Shown here: in pieces, positions 29,102 to 39,212 of the stretch
Numbering within the stretch: the stretch's first letter is position 1
How the letters are laid out: every line of letters begins with the position of its first letter
Source: Candidatus Elulimicrobiales bacterium
GTDB lineage: Bacteria; Patescibacteriota; Minisyncoccia; Phycocordibacterales; UBA5272
Direction of reading: 5' to 3'
DNA length: 64,000 bases
Assembly: GCA_034927475.1 (NCBI GenBank)
Contig: JAYFPW010000002.1
Location: forward strand, 193,606-257,605
Position numbers and translations under genes: made by a program
The notes under the pieces: generated by a model
What the model was told of the DNA's origin: nothing
Database searches by the model: none
What the model saw: only the letters and a program-made list of their open reading frames with translations

Positions 29102-29168
29102 ATTATTTTATAATTATTAATTATAAAAAGATTATAACATACGCATTCACTAATACGTAAAATATCAA

Positions 29169-31010
29169 TTATCTATCTGGAGGAATTTCGTAATAGCTTA
29201 TTAAATAGTTAACCAAACTAAAAAAAGATTCTTTTAATGTTTGAGAAGCGTATTGTGCCCCCCTTGGATCTACTTGATATAAGAAAATAATATATTTAGG
29301 ATTTGTCGCTGGAAAGTATCCGAAGAAAGAGTGTAAATATTTATCTTCATAATATTTACCAGTGTTAGGATTTGAAACTTGTGCGGTACCTGTTTTTGCC
29401 GCAACTGTATAATGTGGATTTTTTGCATTCATAGCTTCATCGACAACTCTTGTAAGTATCTTACTAATCCTTTCACTTGTTGAGGTGCTTTGAAAAACAT
29501 TAATAGGTTCATCTTGAACAATAACTTTTGTTGTTCCATTGTCATAACTAATACTTTCTACTACATGCGGAGTAACAAGCTTTCCTCCATTACCAAGAAC
29601 AGCTAAAGCTCTAATAGTTTGAATCGGAGTAGTAGCAATACCTTGCCCAAACCCGGCGGTAACCAAATCTACTGCAACTTTAGAATCTAAATTGCTTACC
29701 AAACCAGAAGCTTCAGATGGTAAATCGATACCAGTATATTCTCCGAAACCAAATTTGTGAAAATACTCACTTAAATTACTTCCGCCAATTTTTTCTACTA
29801 AGAAAGCAATACCGACATTTAAAGAGTCAGAGAGAATTTTTTGAAGTGGAGTATTTGGTCCTCGGGCAACCTTGTCATAATTAGAAACTCTATAACCATT
29901 CAAGACTATAGATCCGGTGTCATTATATGTTGTTGATTCATTCACCAAACCCATATCTAAAGCGACAGCAACAGTCAAAGGTTTAATAATAGAACCCATT
30001 TCATACACGCCAGAAACCAAATCATTGTTATATACAGAGATATCTGACACTTCCCGATAGTTATTTGGATCAAAAGTCGGAATCTCTTCCATGGCCAAAA
30101 TAGATCCGTCATTAATATCCATAACAATTGCTCCAATTTTTTGAGAATTCCATCTAGCTTTAGCGTCCCCCAACAGTTTTGCCACATATCTCTGAACGTT
30201 TGCATCGATGGTTAAATTTATATCACCCTCAGAAGAAGCGTGTTGCAACATTCTGGATGTATCTTTATTTTCTATATCGCTAGAATTAAAATCTGAAAAA
30301 ACTTCAGCAAAAAAGTTTGAATTAACTATATTTTTTTTATCTAAAACGTCATTGTAATATCTCTCGAGTCCATAAAGTCCAGTTTTTTTATCTTCGGAAA
30401 AGCCTACGAAACCAAAAACTTTTGCGCCAATATCTTTTTCGAAATAAACTCTACTCTTTTTTCTACTCACAATAAGACCTTTCATTCTAAGGGAAACCAG
30501 TTCATTCGCTATTTCTTCTGGAACATTTTTTAAAAGAATTTCATAACCAGAATCCTTTTGATGCATTTTTTCTAAAAAACTATCTTTATCTAAAAAAGAA
30601 ACTATTTTTGATGAAGAGCTTGCACCTTCTACAATTTTTGAATTATAATCTTCAAAAACTTTTGAAATTTTTGAAAAATAATCATTTTCTAATTCGGAAA
30701 GATTTAAGCCTTCTTCAATCCTTTTTTCAAAAAATAAATTTATTGTCTTTGGGTCTAAAGCTAAATCATACTCATTAGACATGGCTACAGCCGGAGAAAA
30801 AGTCCCTTTTTTATTAGTAAAAAATATAGACCCTCTATCAAAATTTTCTCCCGTATCATAAAAATATTGACTCTCACCAGCTCTTTTATATTCAGCACCA
30901 TGAATTATTTGTAAATAAAAAAGTCTGGCAATAATTAAAGCAAATATAAAAAAGATAACCAAAACAAAAATATTTATTCGGTTGTGAATTAATTTATTTC
31001 TTTCTGACAT
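29169..31010 (-). CDS. ftsI: peptidoglycan D,D-transpeptidase FtsI (class B PBP)
   Basis: N-terminal TM; GSIIKP (SxxK), SDSLN (SxN), KTGTA; in dcw context. Confidence 0.85.
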   Translation of the reverse strand: MSERNKLIHNRINIFVLVIFFIFALIIARLFYLQIIHGAEYKRAGESQYFYDTGENFDRGSIFFTNKKGTFSPAVAMSNEYDLALDPKTINLFFEKRIEEGLNLSELENDYFSKISKVFEDYNSKIVEGASSSSKIVSFLDKDSFLEKMHQKDSGYEILLKNVPEEIANELVSLRMKGLIVSRKKSRVYFEKDIGAKVFGFVGFSEDKKTGLYGLERYYNDVLDKKNIVNSNFFAEVFSDFNSSDIENKDTSRMLQHASSEGDINLTIDANVQRYVAKLLGDAKARWNSQKIGAIVMDINDGSILAMEEIPTFDPNNYREVSDISVYNNDLVSGVYEMGSIIKPLTVAVALDMGLVNESTTYNDTGSIVLNGYRVSNYDKVARGPNTPLQKILSDSLNVGIAFLVEKIGGSNLSEYFHKFGFGEYTGIDLPSEASGLVSNLDSKVAVDLVTAGFGQGIATTPIQTIRALAVLGNGGKLVTPHVVESISYDNGTTKVIVQDEPINVFQSTSTSERISKILTRVVDEAMNAKNPHYTVAAKTGTAQVSNPNTGKYYEDKYLHSFFGYFPATNPKYIIFLYQVDPRGAQYASQTLKESFFSLVNYLISYYEIPPDR

Positions 31011-31018
31011 GGGTCCTA

Positions 31019-31441
31019 TTATTGGTTAATATTTTCCGGCCCAACATTTACGCCCTCATACAAAAAAGAGAAACTTGCTGCAGCATCTTTTCTTGTTGCA
31101 AAATTATTATTTTTTGTTTCTATAAATCCATTATTAAAAGCATATTCTTTGGTTATGTTTAAAATTGTAGCGTTGTAGGCTTTTTCAAGTTTAGCTGATT
31201 TAACATTGATATCATTTATACTAGCTAAGCCCTCTTTTTTATTTATAATATTAAAAATTACTGCCACCACAATAACCATATAAGCAATACTTAGAATAGC
31301 AAGAATTGAAAGTAATGCATGAATAACATAAATTTTAAAAGATTTCTTTACACTATTCGTAGAAAAATTCTTAAAATTATGCAAATAGAGTTTATTTCCA
31401 TTTAATCTATCCTTATTTAATTGTGTAGTTTTAATTTGCAT
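31019..31441 (-). CDS. ftsL: FtsL-like cell-division protein (positional call)
   Basis: Single-TM 140-aa protein between rsmH and ftsI. Confidence 0.4.
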   Translation of the reverse strand: MQIKTTQLNKDRLNGNKLYLHNFKNFSTNSVKKSFKIYVIHALLSILAILSIAYMVIVVAVIFNIINKKEGLASINDINVKSAKLEKAYNATILNITKEYAFNNGFIETKNNNFATRKDAAASFSFLYEGVNVGPENINQ

Positions 31442-31442
31442 A

Positions 31443-32381
31443 TTATTTTTTTTCTACGACTCTCAATTTTGCACTTCTTGATCTTGGATTTCCTAAAACT
31501 TCTTTTCTTTCTGGCTCTAGAAAATCTTTTTTATTTTCAAACTTAATCAACTTCAATTCTTCTTTTAGGGATTTGACTGTATTCTTTAAAATCCTGTCTT
31601 CGCCTGAATGAAAAGTTAAAAAACTTGCTCTTTTGTTATTTTTTAAAATATTTGGAAGAGTTTGAATAAGTTCTTCTTCGGCTCTCAGCTCGTCATTTAC
31701 CGTTATCCTAAGAGCTTGAAAAGTTTTGGTAGCAAAATGTATTTTTTGTCTCTTGTAATTTTCCGGTACTGATTTTTCTATAATATTTACTAAATCGAAA
31801 GTAGTTTTTATTTTTTTACTCTTTCTTTCTTCACAAATATTTCTAGCAATTCTTTTTGCATACCTCTCGTCTCCATAATAATAAATTATGTCGGCAAGAT
31901 TTTCCTCTTCCCATGTATTCAATATTTTTTCTGCAGTTAAACTTTCTTCATTAACTTTATCTTGTAAAGTCATTATCAGAGGTTCATCTTTTTGAAAAGT
32001 AAAACCTCTTCCAGATTCATCTATCTCTTCCGAAGAAACTCCAAGATCAGCCATAAGTCCGTCAATTTTTTCGACACCCAAATTTTCCAAAACTTGTTTT
32101 ATGTGTCTAAAATTTTCATTTATAAAAAAGATTTTTGGAATATCATTTTTTAGTTCTTTTTTTAAAAATGTTTCAGCTTCTTTTAAAGCTTGATTATCAA
32201 GATCTAAACAAATTAAAATTCCATCCTTTTTTATTCTTTTAGCCATCTCCAAAGAATGCCCTCCTCTATTAGTTGTACAATCTACTACCGTGTCTCCTTT
32301 TTGGAGATTAAGAGAATCTATTGATTCTTTTAATAAAATTGGAATATGCATAATTCTACAAAACTCCAATGTCAGACAACT
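31443..32381 (-). CDS. rsmH: 16S rRNA (cytosine1402-N4)-methyltransferase
   Basis: MHIPILLKESIDSL...VVDCTTNRGGHS; start at MHIP. Confidence 0.85.
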   Translation of the reverse strand, partial: SCLTLEFCRIMHIPILLKESIDSLNLQKGDTVVDCTTNRGGHSLEMAKRIKKDGILICLDLDNQALKEAETFLKKELKNDIPKIFFINENFRHIKQVLENLGVEKIDGLMADLGVSSEEIDESGRGFTFQKDEPLIMTLQDKVNEESLTAEKILNTWEEENLADIIYYYGDERYAKRIARNICEERKSKKIKTTFDLVNIIEKSVPENYKRQKIHFATKTFQALRITVNDELRAEEELIQTLPNILKNNKRASFLTFHSGEDRILKNTVKSLKEELKLIKFENKKDFLEPERKEVLGNPRSRSAKLRVVEKK

Positions 32382-32790
32382 TTTCAGCCACAGATTCTGC
32401 ACTCTTATTATTGAGAATTGAATATCTCTCCCATTCTTCTTCGTCCCAAATTTCAATTCTAGAATGCATACCAACTAACACGACTTTCTTTTTTATATCA
32501 GCAATTTTTTTAAGCTGATCAGTGATCAAAATTCTTCCCACAGAATCAAGATCGGTTTCAAAAGCGTTAGAGAGCATAAAACGAGTAAAACTTCTTGTAT
32601 CTTTACTTGCAAAAGATAGAGATGAAAGTTTTTCTGCGATTTTTTGCCATTCTTTTAAACTATATACAAAGAGCGACTTATCGAGACCACTAGTAACGAC
32701 AACCTTTTTACCAAGAACAGTCCTCCATTTTGCTGGAATAGAAATTCTTTTTTTATCATCGAGTCCGTGAATATAGTGTCCGATAAGCAT
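32356..32790 (-). CDS. mraZ: transcriptional regulator MraZ
   Basis: Two MraZ repeats, each with a DxxxR-type motif: GLDDKKRISIPAKWR and ETDLDSVGRILITDQL. Confidence 0.85.
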   Translation of the reverse strand: MLIGHYIHGLDDKKRISIPAKWRTVLGKKVVVTSGLDKSLFVYSLKEWQKIAEKLSSLSFASKDTRSFTRFMLSNAFETDLDSVGRILITDQLKKIADIKKKVVLVGMHSRIEIWDEEEWERYSILNNKSAESVAEKLSDIGVL

Positions 32791-32816
32791 AATTAATATT
32801 GGTGTTCACGATATCT

Positions 32817-32850
32817 CCCACAATATCCCACCTTTACCCATTATATACCA
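32817..32850 (-). promoter_or_regulatory. MraZ operator: three GTGGG/ATGGG direct repeats at 10-bp spacing overlapping an extended -10 (TGGTATATAAT)
   Basis: Minus strand reads TGGTATATAATGGGtaaagGTGGGatattGTGGG, 27-51 nt upstream of the mraZ ATG. Confidence 0.65.
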
Positions 32851-32861
32851 CTTTATTTTTT

Positions 32862-32902
32862 ATAAAAACAAAAAACCCAGCTTTTCCTGTGGAAAACTAG
32901 GT
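32862..32902 (-). terminator. lysS terminator
   Basis: CCUAGUUUUCC-aca-GGAAAAGCUGGG followed by U6GU5 on the minus strand. Confidence 0.6.
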
Positions 32903-32929
32903 TTGGAATGTTAAGAAGGTTAAGAAGTC

Positions 32930-34390
32930 TTATTTTTTCTCTTTTATTAGTGGAAACATTATAGTTTCTCGAAGTGGGAGGCCTGCCAAAAAGGCAAAAA
33001 GTCTATCTCCGAACCCAAATCCACATGTTGGAGGCATACCATGTTCAAGCATCTCCACAAAATCCCAATCTGGCATCATAGCTTCTTCATCCCCTTTCTC
33101 TAAAAGTTCTTTTTGTTTTTCAAAATTTTCTCTCTGAATAATTGGATTGTTTAATTCTGAATAACCTCTACCAATTTCACTGCCAGCAAGTATCGGTTGA
33201 AACATTTGAGCTGTCTTTCCATCAGGATTTGGTTTTGCGAGTGGCGCAACCAGAAGTGGTGGATTCACTAAAAATGCAGGACCTGAAATATTTTTGCGAC
33301 AATATTTCCAAAGTGTATCTAAAAGTCTTTCACGATTTTCTCCATCATATTTAACTTTTAATTCTTCCAATTTATCTTTTATTTCAGTATCACTAGCTTC
33401 CCAAATATTTATACTAGTTTGTTTTTCAATTTCTTGTGCGTAATCTATTTCTACCCATTCACTACTCAAATCAAAAGTAAAACCTTTCATTTCAAATTCA
33501 GTCTTTCCAAAAACCTCATTCGCGATTTTAATATAAAGTTCTTTAACTAGCTTCATACCATCTCTATAATCGGCATACGGCAAATAAAATTCACAATTAG
33601 TAAATTCTTGAAGATGTTCTGGACTAGAGCCTTCATTTCTATAAGCTCTTCCAATTTCAAAAGTTCCGCAATATCCAGCAGCCATTAATCTTTTTTGCCA
33701 GAGTTCTCCAACACAAATACGCATATAAACTTCCATATCAAAATCGTTATGATAGGTTTTAAATGGTCTAGCTTCTGCTCCACCCGTTGTATTTTCAATG
33801 GTTGGAGTTTCTACTTCCAACATTCCTTTGTTAGTCAAAAATTCTCTGATGACATTCCAAAATTTTGCTTTCTTAAAAAATAATTCTCTTAATTCGCTAT
33901 TAGTTAAAATATCTAAATATCTATATCTCATTTTAAGCTCTTCGTCTTGAAGCCCATGATATTTATCCGGCAAAGGTAATAGTGATTTGGTAAGCATTTT
34001 TACACTTTTAACTAAAATGCTTCTTTGTCCAGTTTTAGATAAAAACTTTTCTCCTTCTATTTCCACGAAATCCCCAATATCGACAAACTCTTTGTAAAAA
34101 TTAAAAGCTTCTATTGGACTTTCAGGATTTTTAATTATGGCTTGGACTTTACTATTTTCGTTTAATTCACTAGAACCATCAAAAATGTCAAAGAAAATTA
34201 AATTACCTTGCCCTCTAGATGACATCACTCTTCCAGCTAAAATAGCTGTTTCTATATTTTCAAAATCTTTTAAATAGTCTTTAATAGAAATATTTCTATT
34301 AGAATGCGCAATAAAAGGATCGAAACCTTTTTCTTTTAATTTTTCTAACTTTTTAAATCTTTCTTCTTTTAATTCTAAAATGGATGTCAT
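32930..34390 (-). CDS. lysS: lysine--tRNA ligase (class II)
   Basis: N-terminal OB anticodon-binding domain, class II motifs, FEIGRAYRNEG. Confidence 0.9.
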   Translation of the reverse strand: MTSILELKEERFKKLEKLKEKGFDPFIAHSNRNISIKDYLKDFENIETAILAGRVMSSRGQGNLIFFDIFDGSSELNENSKVQAIIKNPESPIEAFNFYKEFVDIGDFVEIEGEKFLSKTGQRSILVKSVKMLTKSLLPLPDKYHGLQDEELKMRYRYLDILTNSELRELFFKKAKFWNVIREFLTNKGMLEVETPTIENTTGGAEARPFKTYHNDFDMEVYMRICVGELWQKRLMAAGYCGTFEIGRAYRNEGSSPEHLQEFTNCEFYLPYADYRDGMKLVKELYIKIANEVFGKTEFEMKGFTFDLSSEWVEIDYAQEIEKQTSINIWEASDTEIKDKLEELKVKYDGENRERLLDTLWKYCRKNISGPAFLVNPPLLVAPLAKPNPDGKTAQMFQPILAGSEIGRGYSELNNPIIQRENFEKQKELLEKGDEEAMMPDWDFVEMLEHGMPPTCGFGFGDRLFAFLAGLPLRETIMFPLIKEKK

Positions 34391-34441
34391 ATTTTTAAAA
34401 TGATGTAAACATTATAAGGTATTTTTAATAAAAGTGAAAGT

Positions 34442-34469
34442 TTGACAAGGAGTTTAATTTTGTTAGTAT
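34442..34469 (+). promoter_or_regulatory. candidate promoter TTGACA-16-TAGTAT
   Basis: Read upstream of the 34512 ORF. Confidence 0.35.
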
Positions 34470-34511
34470 GACAGCTGATAGTGTTGTTTAAAAACTAAAA
34501 AATAATTCAAA

Positions 34512-35159
34512 ATGAAGACATTTGAAATAAAAAATCCTGATTTCCAAGATTTAAAAAATCTTGTAATCTACAGCTACAAAGAAGAAGTGCAGATTCAAGC
34601 CTTAAATGGTTTACAAGAAATTTTAGAGTCCCCAAATCTTAGCGATTTGGGAAGACGGAATATTTTGAACAGTTTGATGCTTATAGGCACAAATTCCTAT
34701 TTCAACAAAAGATGTGGCTTTGAGGTGGCAGAAGCCTATTTGAAAATTTTTGAAAGCGATTCCTTATCTGAACTAGATGAGACAACAAGAAAAGCTTTAC
34801 ATATGGTGGCTAGAGAGACTGAATCCTCTGAATTTGCTTTCAAACTTATTTCTTTTATCTACAAAAAGATAGAAAAGAAATATTCTCATCCAGAAAAAGA
34901 ATATTTAATCTCTTTAGCGCTTGAAGCAAAATCTTCGGTTTCCGCTCAGGAATCAGTACGTGTTTTATCAAAAGTATATGATACAAAAGGTAAAAATTCT
35001 TTATTGGAATTAGAAGATTTTTGGAAAATTCATAACGAAAGCAAACATCCAAGAGCATCTCTTTTAGCCTTTGAGTTTTGCTTACAAAAAAACTTTTTTC
35101 AAGAAGAAAAAAATCTTTCTTATCCTCTGTATTGTAAACTTTTTCAAAAAAAGGATTAA
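34512..35159 (+). CDS. hypothetical alpha-helical protein
   Basis: ORF only; lone plus-strand gene with its own terminator. Confidence 0.45.
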   Translation: MKTFEIKNPDFQDLKNLVIYSYKEEVQIQALNGLQEILESPNLSDLGRRNILNSLMLIGTNSYFNKRCGFEVAEAYLKIFESDSLSELDETTRKALHMVARETESSEFAFKLISFIYKKIEKKYSHPEKEYLISLALEAKSSVSAQESVRVLSKVYDTKGKNSLLELEDFWKIHNESKHPRASLLAFEFCLQKNFFQEEKNLSYPLYCKLFQKKD

Positions 35160-35161
35160 CA

Positions 35162-35195
35162 AAAATCCCTGCAAATGCAGGGATTTAATTTTTAT
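35162..35195. terminator. bidirectional terminator
   Basis: ATCCCTGCA-aat-TGCAGGGAT flanked by A-run and T-run. Confidence 0.8.
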
Positions 35196-35198
35196 CAA

Positions 35199-35720
35199 TT
35201 ATCTCTCTAAAAGTGTTGGACTGAAAAACATTTCTCCTTTACTGTCTTTTAAATTAAAAACCAAAACCCCTTTTTCATTGATAGAAAATCTTTCAACATT
35301 ACTTAAATTTTCTAAATATTCTCCTTCTTGTGAACTTTGACAATACATCTTTGTGCTACCAATATCGTAAAAAGAAATTTTATTATTATCGGCATCATAT
35401 TTACCAAAAGCATTATTACAGTCGGTTGTTGTTGTAAAAGTTCCGTCACCTTTTAAGGTTAACTTGAAAGCGTCTTCTACTATTGGATTAAAGTTTGTAG
35501 CGTCCGCATAAGCTGTACTTATCCAATACCAACCATCATCACCTAGTAAAAAAGTTAAAGGAGAATCCCCGTTTGTACTATTTACATCCGCAACAGAATT
35601 AATAGTATCATTTCTTCCTTTAAAACCGTCAATTTTTTTCACTAAAAAGAAAAACCCAGCCACCGCCACAGCAGCGACTAAAAGATAAACTATACCGTAA
35701 GTGTTTTTGTTTTCCGCCAT
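35199..35720 (-). CDS. META-domain (HslJ-like) membrane-anchored protein
   Basis: N-terminal TM; ...DCNNAFGKYDADNNKISFYDIGSTKMYC... Confidence 0.55.
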   Translation of the reverse strand: MAENKNTYGIVYLLVAAVAVAGFFFLVKKIDGFKGRNDTINSVADVNSTNGDSPLTFLLGDDGWYWISTAYADATNFNPIVEDAFKLTLKGDGTFTTTTDCNNAFGKYDADNNKISFYDIGSTKMYCQSSQEGEYLENLSNVERFSINEKGVLVFNLKDSKGEMFFSPTLLER

Positions 35721-35732
35721 ATTATTTATTTT

Positions 35733-36206
35733 TTAATTTATTTTTTTAATTTTATAATTTACCTGACCTTTTGGTGCCATAAAAGTCACAGTATCACCTT
35801 CATTTTTTCCAAGCAAAGCAGAACCTAATGGAGACTCGTTAGAAATTTTTCCACTATCCAAATCCACTTCTTCAGAACCAACTATAGTAAAAGTATTTAT
35901 TTCTTCACTTTCCATATTATTAACCACTACAACAGATCCTACAGAAACGCCATTTCTAGACTCATTGGAGTTTGTAATTATCGCATTTTGTAATATTGTT
36001 TCTAACTCACCAATTCTAGCTTCACATCTAGCTTGATCTTCTCTAGCTTGAGAATATTCCGCATTCTCAGCTAAATCCCCTAAAGATTTAGACCATTCAA
36101 TCGCATCAGCAATTTCTTTTCTTCTCACAGTTTTTAAATTGTTAAGCTCTAATTCAAGCTCTTTCTTTTTTTCTATTGTTAGATATTCTTTTACTTCTTT
36201 TGCCAT
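35733..36206 (-). CDS. greA: transcription elongation factor GreA
   Basis: N-terminal coiled coil with acidic tip, C-terminal FKBP-like domain. Confidence 0.9.
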   Translation of the reverse strand: MAKEVKEYLTIEKKKELELELNNLKTVRRKEIADAIEWSKSLGDLAENAEYSQAREDQARCEARIGELETILQNAIITNSNESRNGVSVGSVVVVNNMESEEINTFTIVGSEEVDLDSGKISNESPLGSALLGKNEGDTVTFMAPKGQVNYKIKKIN

Positions 36207-36272
36207 ATAAATTAAATTTAAAGTCTCCTTATTAATTGTTAAAATAATACCACATTTTCACTCATTTTAAAA

Positions 36273-38027
36273 TTAGTCTAAATATTGCTCTCCATTTTCA
36301 GCAATATATTCTAAAACTGGTTTAATTGCCCAAGATGCCCCTGGTGCATCGACGGGACCATTTTCTAAAATAACAGCAAAAGCATATTTTGGATTCTCAT
36401 ATGGAAAATAACCCACCATTAAAGAGTTAACCCTACCCTTCACAACCCCAATTTCAGCTGTTCCAGATTTTGCGGCCACATCAAGACCTGGGATATTTAG
36501 CTGAGACACTGTTCCTCCTGGAAGAACAACGTTTTTCATTCCTTGTTTTACATATTTAAGAGAATTTTGATTTAGATTTAAATTTTGTATATTCCACACC
36601 TTATTATTAAATTGATTTATTAATTCTTTGTTTGATAGTTCGTTAGAAGATGTCGCTGATAAAAATAAATGAGGTGTAACAAGTTTTCCATTATTAGCAA
36701 TTGAAGCTGTATATCTTACAAGTTCCGCGGGAGTTAATTGAAAACCAAACTGCCCAATAGAAGTGTGATAAGTATCTCCCAACCTCCATTCACCATCTAT
36801 AAAATTTATCCTTTTCCAATCTGGTGTAGGAATTACTCCAGAAATTTCTCCTGGTAAATCTATACCTGTTGGAGTAGAAAGTCCAAAAAGTTTAGCATAT
36901 TCATCAATTTTAGTTATACCTAAACCTTTTTGCTCTTGATACCCACCTCCAACTTGATAAAAATATTCATCTGAAGATACAGCTATAGCTTCTACAACAT
37001 TTACCCATCCATGAACTTTCCAATCTCTAAAGACAGTATCTGGGCCACCATATTTATTTTCTATCACAATAGCTCCTTTAGATAATAATTTTTTATCTGG
37101 AGAGATAACTCCTTCATTTAAAGCTCCATAGGCCATAAAAGGTTTTACTACCGATCCTGGAGTAAATAATCCTGAAGTAACTCTATTCAAAAATGGAGTT
37201 CGTTTATCGAGAAGAGATTCAGCTACTTCTTTTTTTTCTTCTGTGGTACTAGCGTTGGTCATTAAATTATTATTATATTCAGGATAAGAAGCTAATGCAA
37301 AAACTTCTCCATTATTTACATCCATAATTATTCCAGCACCAGAAATAAAACCTTTTGAATTTACCCAATTCCTGATTGAAGAATAAAGTTTTTCTTGTAA
37401 AGCAGAATCTATGGTTAAAGTAAGATCAGCTCCTGGCACTGGTTTGACAATTAAGTTTTCGGACTCAACGGAAGACCTCACATCTTTTTCCACAATCCTT
37501 TTTCCGTTTACACCAGTTAATAGTTCATCATAAAAAAGTTCTATACCATCTTTTCCAATATAAGTGTCTTGCCAAAAATTATCTAAATTATCTTTTTTAG
37601 GAGAAGAAACATAACCTAAAAAATTAGAAAATCCAGGAGTTTCAATATATTCTCTTTTCAAAATATCACTATAAGGAACGTTTGTGTTTTTGGCTAAAAT
37701 TTCACCATTTCTATCATAGATTTCCCCACGATTAGCGATAATTAATTTTGCATTGTATCTATTGTTGTCAGATTTTTCTTTGTAGAAATCATAATTCTGT
37801 ATTTGAATTGTAAACAGTCTGTATGAAAAAATAGAAAAGACTATTATTAAAACAAATAAAGGTAAAAATTCCATAAAAGAAGAAATTGGTCTATCAAAAG
37901 TTCCTTCCATTCTTTCTGTGTCAAGTCCTGGTAAATTCGAAGAGTCCATAAAAATATCTTCTGGATTTATTTCTCCTCCACTTTGTCTTTTCTTAAAAAA
38001 TTTTTTTCTAAAAATATTCTTAATCAT
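36273..38027 (-). CDS. mrdA: peptidoglycan transpeptidase PBP2
   Basis: SVVKP, SSD, KSGTA; downstream of mreBC. Confidence 0.8.
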   Translation of the reverse strand: MIKNIFRKKFFKKRQSGGEINPEDIFMDSSNLPGLDTERMEGTFDRPISSFMEFLPLFVLIIVFSIFSYRLFTIQIQNYDFYKEKSDNNRYNAKLIIANRGEIYDRNGEILAKNTNVPYSDILKREYIETPGFSNFLGYVSSPKKDNLDNFWQDTYIGKDGIELFYDELLTGVNGKRIVEKDVRSSVESENLIVKPVPGADLTLTIDSALQEKLYSSIRNWVNSKGFISGAGIIMDVNNGEVFALASYPEYNNNLMTNASTTEEKKEVAESLLDKRTPFLNRVTSGLFTPGSVVKPFMAYGALNEGVISPDKKLLSKGAIVIENKYGGPDTVFRDWKVHGWVNVVEAIAVSSDEYFYQVGGGYQEQKGLGITKIDEYAKLFGLSTPTGIDLPGEISGVIPTPDWKRINFIDGEWRLGDTYHTSIGQFGFQLTPAELVRYTASIANNGKLVTPHLFLSATSSNELSNKELINQFNNKVWNIQNLNLNQNSLKYVKQGMKNVVLPGGTVSQLNIPGLDVAAKSGTAEIGVVKGRVNSLMVGYFPYENPKYAFAVILENGPVDAPGASWAIKPVLEYIAENGEQYLD

Positions 38028-38044
38028 AAAAAATTCTTTAGAAA

Positions 38045-38221
38045 TTATCTTAGGTATGGCCTTAAAAATCTATAACCAATGAATAATCCGAAAAATACGG
38101 TGGTTAAAAATGGAAAATTTATGTTAGATAAACTCAGGTCATAAAAAATACAAAAAAGCAATATAGCTATTAGTGCAATATTCACAACTATTCTCCAAAA
38201 ATTATTTTTTATTACTCTCAT
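38045..38221 (-). CDS. 58-aa hydrophobic ORF at the canonical mreD position (not in ORF track)
   Basis: MRVIKNNFWRIVVNIALIAILLFCIFYDLSLSNINFPFLTTVFFGLFIGYRFLRPYLR. Hand-translated; starts 16 nt after the mreC stop and ends 18 nt before the mrdA start. Confidence 0.4.
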   Translation of the reverse strand: MRVIKNNFWRIVVNIALIAILLFCIFYDLSLSNINFPFLTTVFFGLFIGYRFLRPYLR

Positions 38222-38236
38222 ATTTGTTTTTTGCTT

Positions 38237-39163
38237 TTATTGAATATCTATATAATAATCTCCATTTTCTCTGGTATTGTAATAACCTTTTACAAAAAGT
38301 ATTTGATAAAATGCTGCTTCTTGTTTTTCGATTTTTACTATTTCTCCAAGAGTTTTATTTTCATCCCTTGCTAAATATACAATAGTACCGGTAGAAATAT
38401 TAATATTTTCTGGAATTTTAGCTACAAAATCTCCACCTCCATACCCAATAAAATCAATAAGAATACTATTTGAAGAACTAACTGGGGTACTCATACTAAT
38501 ATTTATATCATCAGAAAAAGGTTGGGAAATATCAGAGCTTGTAGCAATTGTTGTGCTAGAACTCGAAGCGTTTAAATTTAAATCTTCTTCAGAATTTATT
38601 AAAGGAATTTTACTTTCAAAATTTTGAGAAAAAATTATCCCTTCTACTTGATTTTTATCTTTAGAAAAAAGAGAGACTAAAGATGTCTTTTCTGATGAAG
38701 AATTTACAACACCAATAGCTTTATTTGGATACAAAAAAACGATATTCCCTTCTGCGACACCATTATCTTTTCCTTTGTCTAACAAAATAGTATTGTAGAC
38801 ACTAGTAAAGTCTGAAAATATTTTTTTAGCTACAATCTTTTTTTCCGAAGAAATATTTTCCTCAAAAATTTTTCTATTTTTTTCTGTCTGTAATTCATTT
38901 TCCAAACGAGATATTTCACTTAGTAAATATTTTTTATTAGTAAAATATCCAAAAAAATTATTGAAAACTTTTGAAACAAAATTTGTGGAGTTATTGGCTG
39001 CGACCAAAACTGTCTCAGGAGCTCCGACACGAATATTATTACTATTAAAATAGTTTCTCAAAAAAGGAAAAGAAAATAAAAATACTAAGTAAATAATAAT
39101 AAATAAAATATTAAATTGGAACTTTTTCTTAGTTCTTAAATTCATAATACGATTATACAACAA
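38237..39163 (-). CDS. mreC: rod shape-determining protein MreC-like
   Basis: N-terminal TM plus coiled coil plus beta domain; position between mreB and mrdA. Confidence 0.55.
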   Translation of the reverse strand: MLYNRIMNLRTKKKFQFNILFIIIYLVFLFSFPFLRNYFNSNNIRVGAPETVLVAANNSTNFVSKVFNNFFGYFTNKKYLLSEISRLENELQTEKNRKIFEENISSEKKIVAKKIFSDFTSVYNTILLDKGKDNGVAEGNIVFLYPNKAIGVVNSSSEKTSLVSLFSKDKNQVEGIIFSQNFESKIPLINSEEDLNLNASSSSTTIATSSDISQPFSDDINISMSTPVSSSNSILIDFIGYGGGDFVAKIPENINISTGTIVYLARDENKTLGEIVKIEKQEAAFYQILFVKGYYNTRENGDYYIDIQ

Positions 39164-39212
39164 GTCTCGTTTTTAAAGAATCGAGCTTAATTAATCTAGA
39201 TTGCCCTACAAA

